NCBI GenBank assembly: GCA_905178155.1 | Contig: CAJINV010000008.1 | Location: 2,108,001 to 2,172,000 of the forward strand | Length of the DNA stretch: 64,000 nt | Source of the DNA: Amoebophrya sp. A120 | Taxonomy: Eukaryota > Protista > Dinoflagellata | Direction: 5' to 3' | Part shown: positions 25,301 through 35,800 of the stretch, one piece after another | How the letters are laid out: every line of letters begins with the position of its first letter | Numbering within the stretch: position 1 is the first letter of the stretch | Program-made: the position numbers and the translations under genes | Notes under the pieces: generated by a model | Databases searched by the model: none | What the model saw: the letters and a program-made list of their open reading frames with translations, nothing else | Told to the model about the DNA's origin: nothing

Positions 25301-28300
25301 TACAGCAAGCTACTGCCCGAAGGGAGAGACTTGCCTGATGTGAATCTGTTTTCGGATGTTAGTTTTGCGAATTGTTGCAAGACCATGCGAAGCACTAGTG
25401 GTAGCATTATGTACTTCCGCGGCTTCCCGATCTGTTGGCGTAGCAACCGGCAGACCGTGAGGGCGTACTCCACGGCGGAGGCGGAGTATATAGCTGCTTC
25501 CGACACTATTGTGCTGAGCGAGCAGAATGACTTTACAGAGTTCTTCAAACCTCTACCCACTGTCATGGTGGAAAAGCAGAATGGCTTATCTCCCTCCCTG
25601 GATGATGCCATATTGTGGATCGGCAACCAGTCCGCGATAACTACAGCTAAGAGCACAGACAACAAACCGAAATCGAGGCACTACGCACTGCGATATCTCC
25701 GCGGGAGAGACGCAGCGAGCCAGATCATGTTCTGCCCGACCTACCTAATGAAGGCAGACGGTCTCACGAAGCTCGGGTGTAGTGTGCCGCAGAGACGCTT
25801 ACTTTTGCACCATATTGATAACCCCGACCCTAAGTCTTTTATTTGTGACTCCTCTGACGATGAGGATGATTTAGACACTTTTATTGAGGGGAATCATAAG
25901 AAGGGCAGGGCTAAAGTAGGCTATACTTATTCTTTCGATTTATTTTGGTTTCTCGATAGGCACAGCGCTCAGGAGGGGAGTGTGGTAGGATTATTCCTGA
26001 TTAGCACCGCCGCCGCAGCGATTGAGGAGCGAGGGGTGTTGGTCATGGAAATCGATCCCGCACACACGTAACACGATCGCCCCAAATGAAGCCTGTTCCA
26101 TGATGAAAATGACTGAAGGTTCTGACTCAAATCGACCCCGTGACATGCTGTTTCGTTCAGATTTTACCTAGACCAGCCGTCCTTGGTAAAATCTTGAGCA
26201 AGGACCACGGTCCTGAGTAAAATCGTCAGCCAGGCTCTGTAGCTGGTGACGTGATCCTTCTCTCAAGTGATCCCAAGTAGCTCTCCAGATTGTCCGCGCT
26301 TTGGGCAGGTCTCCCGACCTATACCAAGCCCGGGTCAACACTTTATCTGGGACCCCGTCCCCTGATCAAAACTTTATCTGGGACCCCGTCCCCTGCTCAA
26401 AACTTTATCCGGGTCCGCCGTCCTTGATAAAATCTTTACCAAGGCCCGAGGTCCTGAATAAACTAGCTACCTACGAAGCGGATCTAGGCCCTGGAATGTG
26501 TTGAATCTGGTGAGACTGATGCAAGAATCTTGGTGAATTTGGATGATTTGAGCTACAGGATGTAACGCAGCAAGAGACTTGCGTCACTTGCTTGCTTATG
26601 TGCAATTGAGAAATCATTCATCTGCTGTTGATAACGAGCTCAGTGGAGCAAACGTGTGTAAGTGTGTGCGAGTGTTCTCAAGTCCACTAACACAAAAAGA
26701 TAGTGATGCTTTTGCCATGCAGTACTTACACAGCATTTTACGCAAGAGAAATTGGCTGAAGAGCAAGAAGCTGGGCCTCATGCCTAGCCCCGCATTTCTG
26801 GAGGTGCGGCTTATCATTTTTCGCGCATTATATATCTACATCTTTCATCTTCTTCGTCTTCCAGACCGAGACATTTACTTATAAAAAGATATTTTCATGC
26901 ATGCAACTACTTTGATGACGGCGGCAAGGATCGAGCTGGCGCTCGCCTCTACTGGTCGATGGTTCAAAGCCTGCTCGTCTACACTGGGATCAGTTGGAGC
27001 TACTGGCACCTAGATGGGGTGACGCTGGGCCCGAACCCCAAAGCGCTAGGCCCCGGGACGAACTCCCAACTCGGAGTGAATCAGCTGACACAAGATAGCT
27101 ATGGCATACTGAACGTGCACATTCAGCAGCGGGCTTCGGAGGCGGCACAGATGCAAACACTATTCGGGCTGAGGCATGAGGTGCTTCGTGCGCATCTACC
27201 GGAAACTGAGAGACGGGAGATCTGGACCAGTTCTACCAGTGAACAAGCTGGGCGCACTTCTGTGGACCATGATAATACGCGCGGCCACGAGTACGAGAAA
27301 ACGCGGCTAGAGGATGGCGATGGCGCTCATGTGATCGCGGACGAGAAGAATGCTGGAGCTAGTGAGGCCGCCCGTCAATTTGCAACCAGGAGTGCTGTCG
27401 GAGCTTTTTTCGCGGACCGCTACCCCCGCATGGACCGCATGGCAAACGCGCACGACTGGCAGTATAGCAATGGTGACGCGCTCGTGACAATCAACAACGC
27501 GCCGACTCTGCTGCAATATGAGAGCGTTAGGTGGCAAATTGGGAAAATGGACACGACATGTGATTTGCATATCATAATCTAAAATAACTACATAAACAAA
27601 GATGACGCCATGGCATGCTGCAGAAACAGAAACAGAATCACCATTCCCACGCGTCGCATGACATTCTTTTCCGAGAGACTGAGACAGAGATAGCGCGTCC
27701 TGCTTTCATCTATAGCAAAGATAGGGTTGCAACTATATCCTGTCATGCTCAACTTGTAGTTAAGTACAAAGACAAACCCGTCTAGGTGATCTATGAGCAG
27801 CCTTCAAACAGGCCGGGCTTGGAAGTTGCCAGCCTCACTATCTTACCTGCTCCGTTGCGGCAAGAAATAGATACGGTTGTAAATAAAAAAATGCAAAGGC
27901 AGCTTCACCATCACCGCTGAAGAATTGAAGGGAACTAGGCCTCACTTCAACATCAGCATCCGTTGGAATTTTGCATGGCAGTGCCAAAGAACTGTGCGTG
28001 CGTGGCAGTTCATTCATTGCGAAGCGTCTCCATCTTATCAATTTCCAGCGTGGCGCTTCCATGTGTCAGCAGCCGAAAATATTCTTCTACGGATGCGCGC
28101 CGCGACAGCTGCGCACCTCAAGTTTGACGAGGACACGGCAGCAAGCGGAAAGCTCTTGCTTTCGCGGGATTCAGAGGGAAGTGAAGTCGCTGCGCAACTG
28201 CTGAGGCTCTACGGGCGGGAGACAAACTTCACGGAGTTCGATTCCAAATTTGCCGCAGCCACTGCAAGCCGAACTGCCACACTAGAGGCCGAAGGCTTTG

Positions 28301-30333
28301 GCCTGCGTGCGCACGTCCTCGCGTTTTTCGATAAGTTTAGTTCCGCGCCCTCGTTGCCCAGTATCGCGCTTCTGAGCCAGCCGCTGCGGGTTTCTCGGGA
28401 AGCTTCGAACGTGCCGAACCAGATCCAACTCCTTTGGGCCCTGGAACTCGAGCAAGCGTCCTTACACAAAGTAGGAAGACAGAACGTGCGACGTGAGAGC
28501 GCGGCCAGCGCCCAAGTGGATTCGGACGTCCTCGAGTCTGCCGCAGCTGTGGGATTGCTTATGCCGTCCGGACAAGGCTTTTCGCATGCGACTCCTACTC
28601 TGGACACCGAGACACTCCAACATCTGCGCACGGTTTTCCAGGAGGTGCGTGTACCATGTGCAAAAACGTTTCCGCCCCCCATGGCCGTAATGCGAACTCT
28701 CTCAGGCAATAAATTTAAATGAACATGAAGTAGAACTGGAAAGCGTCGACGTAGTCGCGCATCAGTCGCGGAGGTTGGTGGTTCGTAGCATAGTCGTGAT
28801 GGAGACACATGCGCGTGGCTGGTTGTGATGCGAATTCATTCTGATTCATCTCTCGTCCTGATTTCTAGACAGATATAATTAATATATAATATAGATTAAT
28901 AAAGAAAGCGCGACGCAATGAAATTTCAAGAGGGAGTCTGCGTGCACTATGCGCAGCCAGGAAACTACACATCTCAGAGGGAGCGAGCCGGCGCCTGAAG
29001 ACGTCGCACTTTCTTGGCGCGCAATCTTGCGCGGCGGCTCTTGTTGAGCGGGGAAGTACGTTTTTGAGGTGGATAGTGCGCGAACGAACGTCGGCGCGCT
29101 GAAGCAAGCGAAGCCGCTCAGCGAGAGAAGGGGTACGATGCCCATGATTTGCTCCACACAGGGGACCTCACAGCACCTGTTCCATCACTGATGCTTAAGG
29201 ATACGGATTCTCTATCGTCTTCACCCGGAACGTTCGCAGTACACCTTGCAGAGAACGAGACTAGTGACCTTTCTCACCTGCCACAAGAAGCAATGCGCCC
29301 CGCGCACATGTTCGCGAGACCGATGACACCTGGACGAGTACGCCGAACTGCGGCGCTCGGGGCCGCAATCTCATCCGACGCACCATTGCCCTCACGTACC
29401 GCAGGTGCGGCCGATTATAATCAAATCTGGAACTACCCAGCCCCGTGGTCGCCCGAAGAAGCACAAATCTGTGAAAGGCATCGCCGCGCAGTCACGTCGA
29501 AGCAGCCCGTGACCCCGCGGGTGATGGCAAAGGCGCTAGAAAAGATCCTTTCCGGGATGACTTTTGCCGGCTTGTCGCATGTGCTGGTAAAAGTCAGCAA
29601 GCTTGCACTTGCTGCCGCAGGGGAGGAGTTGGGTAATTTCTGGCAGGAGCACGCACTGCCCAGCATCCGACACCTGCTGCGGCCGAGTCGTTGGGACATC
29701 GATCCGAAGAAGTGGGCGTCTACGGTCCAGACTGCAGCCGAGCGCTTTGCGGCAGATTTAGGAAGCGTTGCCAGCGCGGTTGGTGACGGTGTGGTGGACA
29801 AGCTGCACGAAATGCAGAGCATCTTGATTCACGAGGACGCTAGTAAAAGGAACATCTGTTCGGCGAATTCGAAAAGCAAGTCATCGCTCCGCTGCAGTGC
29901 GTTACTTCCCAATAGCGAAAAAGATCCAGGGTTCAACCCGTGCTACGACGCCAAGCACGGTGCGCAGTTTGACCCAGATCGTTGCTGCACCGCAGGAAAA
30001 GGGCGCGAAACTTCTTTTCTGGGCGAGACGCTCGAAGAAAGGGCGGATGATATTATCGAGGAGCAGCATTGCCGGGCTGTCGTGAACAGCATCCGATGGC
30101 TCCAGAAAAGAGAATGCGAATTGCACACGGTCTACTTCAATGAAACGCATCACTGCTTGAATCGCAACGGTCAAAATTACAAAAAAGGCGACGACTGCTA
30201 TGAAGTTGCAGGATCTGAGGAGCAGATGTGTCAGTCCGCGATTACCTGGTCGGGGTACGAATCCTGCTGTTCCCACAACGGGGGAATCAGTTTATTCGGC
30301 GCCAATATTCCTAATCCCATGCCGTTCAGATGA
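19356..30333 (+). CDS. Glycoside hydrolase family 5 (cellulase/endoglucanase-like), N-terminal membrane anchor, multi-exon; linkage of exons beyond 27516 is tentative
   Basis: QGTNW, FNHVRLTFS, MVILNNH..CCS..DGN..WF, VVGFDLRNEVR (acid/base), VYSIHEY, PLWISELG (nucleophile), ISWSYWHLDG..DSYGILN in exon ~26905-27516. Confidence 0.8.
21176..21477 (+). other. Non-canonical intron in the GH5 gene
   Basis: Imperfect DR TACAACGA/TACAGCGA; 302 nt corrects the frame offset between ORFs 19356 and 21497 (QAYNE|RSWLSHVSIIARRF). Confidence 0.7.
22760..23384. repeat. Segment bounded by a 13-bp inverted repeat inside a GH5 intron (probable MITE or part of one)
   Basis: CCCTAAGACGGAG (22760-22772) / CTCCGTCTTAGGG (23372-23384); upstream TCACGAACGTTCTATCCT (~22599) is shared with the element at 60503. 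Confidence 0.45.
23458..23666 (+). mobile_element. Degenerate introner related to 32186-32399
   Basis: Ends CATCGTACGAAAAAG / TTTTTTGCGATA; shared internal CCAYTGTCTTGCATGTGTAGCAA; exact splice register unresolved. Confidence 0.6.
24881..26084 (+). mobile_element. Internally deleted Ty1/copia LTR retrotransposon inside a GH5 intron (~24710-26555)
   Basis: Identical 48-bp TG..CA repeats at 24881-24928 and 26037-26084; polypurine AGGAGGGGAG at 25971-25980; copia RT C-terminus/RNase H ORF. Confidence 0.85.
24944..26071 (+). pseudogene. Ty1/copia pol fragment (RT C-terminus + RNase H)
   Basis: REVVGSLQW..RVDIA, FSDVSFA..RSTSG, WRSNRQ..STAEAEYIA, GNQSAI (normally DNQSAI), KSRH, ADGLTK; no gag, protease, integrase or RT catalytic core. 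Confidence 0.9.
26335..26445. repeat. 31-bp tandem repeat (~3.5 copies)
   Basis: ACTTTATCTGGGACCCCGTCCCCTGMTCAAA repeated. Confidence 0.8.
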
Positions 30334-31051
30334 AAATCCAACTTTTTGAGTTTGAATTTTGCAGAGAGTTGCGCTAAAAACACTAGGAGTATATTTTCGA
30401 CAGTCGACACCTAACAAATTCTAATTCATAACGAAGAAAGCAACAAACTAAAGCTAACCTTGCTTCACCAACAGAGTAGAAAAGGAATGAAAGAATATAC
30501 GCAAGAGCGCTCTTTGAGATCGCTCGTGAAGATTATCCTCGAAAGTCATATCATCTATTCATGAAATTGAAAAGTACACTCACAACACTTTCGTTTTCGT
30601 TACACTCAAAGGCAGTAGGTTTTCACAAAGCTTCGACTTTCTCAAACTTCTAATGTATACCCCATTTGCCAGTAGCTCGAAGCAAGCAAAATGAGAAAAG
30701 CACGACCTTAGGACTACGTAAAAATCAGTATGGGTCGGAGGTCAGAGCTTTAGGGCAGTGAGCCGCATGGGTGATCGAGTTGTCGATCCTTGACCTCTAG
30801 ACCAAAGAATAGGACTAACAAGTCCCGGCTCTTGTGCGTGTGCTGGTAGTTCCGGCCTGTTCCTCGGAGTGTGTGAAACATGCCAGCCCCCGAATGAATT
30901 AAGGCCCAACGATCGAGCGTGATGGTCTTCCACATTTGTATGACGAAAAGGCCTGGCCTCATTCAACGACGTGAGCGCTAGGGTATCGGGGCGGACTATT
31001 CCTGCCGCGCGTCGGAGGAACGAGCTGCGCCGAGCCCAGCCCGAACTACTC

Positions 31052-31096
31052 AATCATTATCATCATCATCATCATCATCATCATCATCGCTATCAT
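31052..31096. repeat. (ATC)n microsatellite
   Basis: catcatcatc run. Confidence 0.9.
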
Positions 31097-31549
31097 TCGT
31101 TGTGCGTTTTTTCTTTTTGGAAATGTCTCCTTTAAAATAAATCGAATCGCGACGGTATGCTCGCGAAGGGTCTACTCTTTGCAGCCTTCACGCACAAATG
31201 CATTTTTCGGGACAAAGATTGTTTTCAAATCGTGGGTTGTCATTGGATCGAAAACGTAATAAATGTGAAGATCCACCAGTATTTGGGAGTGAACTGGAAA
31301 GGGAAATGCATGTCAATCGCGTCGTTATCGATATATCGTTTTTTCTTCTCTTTGCTCGTTCGTTCGTGTTTCTCTGTACGAAAAATGAGCACGCTTGATA
31401 TAACCATTCAATAGCAGAACCAGAAGTTTCATTTCCAACATATGCTTATGGAAGGAAACCGTGTCGTCTGACCCCGTCCCCGGGGATGTTGTGTTTGGTT
31501 TGAAATTGCAGAGCCTTTATGTTGTTATACTGGAACAAGCTCCTTATCG

Positions 31550-32692
31550 ATGAGCGAAGAATGCGTGACTTTTTCCGGAATTCCGTTTATCCTGGTCGGC
31601 GGACTTCCGAACGTGCTGCTTTTCGTAGCCCGGGGCGCGGACGACAGTCTGACGGTGTTCGAAACGTGGACAGAGCACGCGGGTTCGTTGCAGATCGGGA
31701 TCACGCTCGCTGTGGTGGCTCGCTTGCTGGTTAACACCGCGATTATTCTGAACCAGCGGGGGCAGCAGTTTCGACGCGTGGACACGCTTCGCCAAGCGAC
31801 CTTCGAGCAGGACAAGGCTCGCAATGAACAGTGGCGCACGCGTCGGCTCGCGGCCCGCCTGGCGCTGCAGGGACGTTCGTCCGTGAAGATCGGGAAATCG
31901 GTGACGCAGCCGAAGGTTGACGTAAAATCGCCGACCGCGGTCGGGGGCAACGCGTCCCCGAAGTACGCGGGGAACTACAAGGAAAACCGCGCGGGGCAGC
32001 TGATTTTCGAACAAGAGAGGGACTGGGAGGAGTTTCAGGAGGACTTTTCACAGCGGCAGGAAGAGTTTGAGAAATCCGACAAGTACGACTGCGACTCCTT
32101 CTTCCTGCTCGGTCTCCTGCTCTGGTTTTTGGCGGAAGTGGTCGCCTTGTTTCTGCTGCTCACGGATTCCTCCGAGGGCTCCTTCTATCGTACGAAAAAA
32201 GTGTTTCACTGTAAAGATTTTGCAAGTTTTGCATCACAAGACAAGTTTGTTCTACATCACAGAGAAAATTTGCCATGCGAGATACCTAAGGGAAAACACA
32301 GCTAAAAACCCACTGTCTTGCATGTGTAGCAAGACAAATACTTCTCAGATACATTTTCTGCATCACAAGTTCACAGTGAAACAGTTTTTTCTTGCGATAC
32401 CTTCCGCGTCACGGTACACGCCGGGAATCTGGGGCTCGCCACCTGGAATTTCTTCCATTTGAAGACCGTCGTGCAGGACAAGGCCACCTCGGAGGGAAAA
32501 ACCTGTTGCGTCGCCTGCTCGGGGTGCCACAGCCTGGTTCTGTTCGTTCTCGCCTGCCTGCTCATCGGCAGCTCCGTGGCGTTCGCGGAGTGGCTAGCGC
32601 TCGGGTTCCAATTGGCCATTTGGCTCTGCACGGGATTGACGTTTTTCGGGACCGACGCGAGAGAGAGCGAGCTGAGAAATCAACGCCGGTGA
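31550..32692 (+). CDS. Multi-pass membrane protein of unknown function; exons 31550-32185, 32405-32692
   Basis: Several hydrophobic helices; frame joins SEGSF|RVTVHAGNLGLATWNFFHLKTVVQ across an introner. Confidence 0.7.
32186..32404 (+). mobile_element. Non-canonical IR intron (introner)
   Basis: IR TATCGTACGAAAAAAGTGTTTCACTGT / ACAGTGAAACAGTTTTTTCTTGCGATA; DR CCTTC. Confidence 0.9.
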
Positions 32693-32894
32693 GGATCTTA
32701 GTCTATTAGTGCTGGATCTTCTCGTCCATGAAAAATATCTCCCGTCCACCACCGGTCTCCGACACGACATGACCTCCAGCTCGTTCGTGTTCGTGTCACC
32801 AGTATCAATGTATATAGACGATAAAGAACGTCGCGCCAAATAAGGGTAAGACTAGGAACAAAAGCGCGTTTCCAGCAACCACGAATTCGGTATC

Positions 32895-35800
32895 ATGCCG
32901 TTGTCGCTCACGCGGTTCCAGAAAGCCACGGACGTGCGGACCGCACGAAAAAAGAATGCGGAGCAGCACGAAAGGGAGCTTCAGGAGGAGCACGACCGGC
33001 AGCTGGATCAGATCGCGCAAGGGTTGGCGCAGCAGACGAAGCAGGAGGAGGAAGAGCGTCTCGCGCACGCGCGGGAAGCGGCGGTCAACGCAAGTCGGTC
33101 GCTGCGGGAGATTTTTCAGGAGTCAGTTTTTGATGTCCAGCTGCGGCTGGAGCAGGAACAGATCGTCCAGGAAATGGCAGTATCAAATGCAAAAATGTCT
33201 GGGTCTGGAAGGTTGTAACTTGTGATGCTGTCTTCGGATTCGAAAGAACTCTGTAATGCATGACCAGCAATGGCCGTCCAGTTTTTGCCACGGCGAGAGG
33301 GCATTTCTCATGCGGAACAGGCATCAGGAACCCCTCTCAAAATCTGTGATGCTAGACCGTGCATTACAGACCTCATTGGTCATGGAAAACCTGCATTTGA
33401 TCGTTGATCATTCTCGGTAGGTCAATGCCACCCTCGATTCTCACCCCCAGGGGGTTGGGGTCCCCTCTTCCAATGTGTATTGGTTGAGGACTGCCCCCTT
33501 CATCCTAAGTGCCATCAGCCATGGTATCTGGAAAACCTGCATGAGAAATCTTCCACTCTTCCCGACCCAGACCACATGTTTGCATTTTATAGGCAGTTCT
33601 GGCGGCGACAGAACGCATGCGGAAGGCCGTGAAGCCCGGGCCCGCCGGGGCCCGCGAACGAATGCGGAAGAAAAGTATGGAAAAGATGAAGAGCGGTGCT
33701 GCACGAGAAGGTGATCGTCGACCACCTCCCAGTGGAAATAAGAGCAGGAAAATAGAAAAGATATTAAGCGTAGACCACGGCGTCGTTCCCACTTCATCTA
33801 CCGTAGGTCCACCTGTTGTGACCAGTTCCGCGCAAGCAGAAGATCCCAGCACTCGACGGCCGGAGGACGTGGTGGCCCCGCAGCAGAAAAACTACGCACA
33901 TCCTTGCGTGAAAAACCAGAACTATGTCGGGCAGCACAAGTCCCTCGTGTTGGAACGACCCGCAGAGGATAAGGTCCTTTATTACCGGCCATCAAGCAAG
34001 CGCGCACCGAAGCGGACCCAGGGGGGGATCGTGAAGACGGACTTCTTCGACTACGTGTCCAAAATACCCCAAATGATGCGCCGCCCGGTCACGGCGCCGG
34101 TCCGGCGGAGTGCCGGGATACGGAGGGAACTGTTGAAGCCCGAGGAGAAGCTGCAGGCGGTCGACGACCTACTGGTTAACTGGTACAAGCAGAATGAACG
34201 GGAGGAGGCAGGAGAAAACGCGAGACGACGGAACAAGGGCTACGGCAGCGCATACGACGGAAAAATCAAAGAGTTGGAACGACGGGTCGAGGTGGACCAG
34301 ATTAGGGAAAAAGCGCGGACGGAATTGGAAACTGCGAAAAAGAAAGAAAGAAAAGAAGTGAAAAACACGAATAGAGAAGAAGTGCAACTAGTGGACCACC
34401 AGCAGGAGAAGAAAAGCAGTGTAGAACAAGTTTCTTCATCATCAACTACATCTGGAAGACGTAGACGACCGTCGCCCCCGGAAGGTGGAGTTCTTGCGTC
34501 CGAAGTTGCACAACCATCCGGGACGAAAATGTCGAAAAGTGTTGAAGCCCAACAGATGAATGTTGGAACATCATCAATAGATGTGGAAGAGCACCATGAG
34601 TTCGACGAAGCGGAAGAAGAGATGCTCGATCCGCTGGTCCGCCGATTGCAGGAGCAGGACGAGGAGGCCAGGAAACCCGTCGTGCTTGAGGTCCACACCC
34701 CGCGCTCGAGCAGCGACGAAGAGGAGAGAAGACTATTAAAGACCGAACTGCACGCGGACGCGCAGTTCTTGCCAGTGGAGCTGCGCAAACTGACGCGGAA
34801 CTGGTCGCCGAAGACCCTGGAAGCGGCGCGGCGGAAGATCCATGCGATTTTCGAACAGGAGCGGAAGGAAAAAGAACTACAAGAGTCTAAAGGGTACAAA
34901 ATTCGGTCGCATCTCATCAAGGAGACGGAGCGGTTCGACAGCGCAAAGAGGACGCGAACGGCGGACTACTGGAACAAGCCGGACTGGGAACAGAAGTTTT
35001 CTAACAAAAGAGAATCCGACCTGGAGTTGTTTCGGAAAAAGTTGTTTTTCCAGAAATTTCCCGGCGAAATGCAGAAGCGGACCAGACGGGAACTGTCGAA
35101 ACCGGTGGAACTGAAATCCAGCCAGGTCGGCCTGACCACCGAGCTGAACAAGGTCGAAAAGCAGATGTTGTTTCTCCTGGACAACCCCGCGACGCCGTAC
35201 TTCTACGACGAAAAGACGCAGGAACGGATAAACGACAAATTGGTGCACACGCTGTTGACGCCCTACAAAGGGGCGGACGAAGAGGAAGAAGAACAGCAGG
35301 ATACAAGAAACAAGCCTGAGGTGATCGGGAAAAAATACGAGGAGCACGACGATGACAAGACGACCACTTCTGGAGCAGCACCACCTTATCATGATTCTGC
35401 GTCTTCGCAGCTGCAGTCCGGACGCAACAAGTTTGGGGTCGACCACGAGAACGACAAAACTTCCGTGCCGCACATCATCAAGCACCGCGAGATCACCCGG
35501 CGGTCCACGTTGCGCGGCGAAACGCCCACCGCCAAGCGGTCGGACGTACAGTACCTGCGATCTACGGAGCTGGCGCGCGTGCTCGACGCGTACGAGAAAA
35601 GTCAGTACAAGGAGGAGCGGCGATTTGAGGAGGACATGCGGGCCCTGTTTGAGAATGAAAAGGACCGGAGAAGAGTTTCGCAAATCCTGAAAAGCGGGGG
35701 ATCCGACTTGCCGGAACAGTACCGAAAGAGCGGAGTGTCGGCGGACGATGTGGACTTCCTCTTGCAGCACGCGCACAACTACCGGAGCGCGCAAGAGCTG

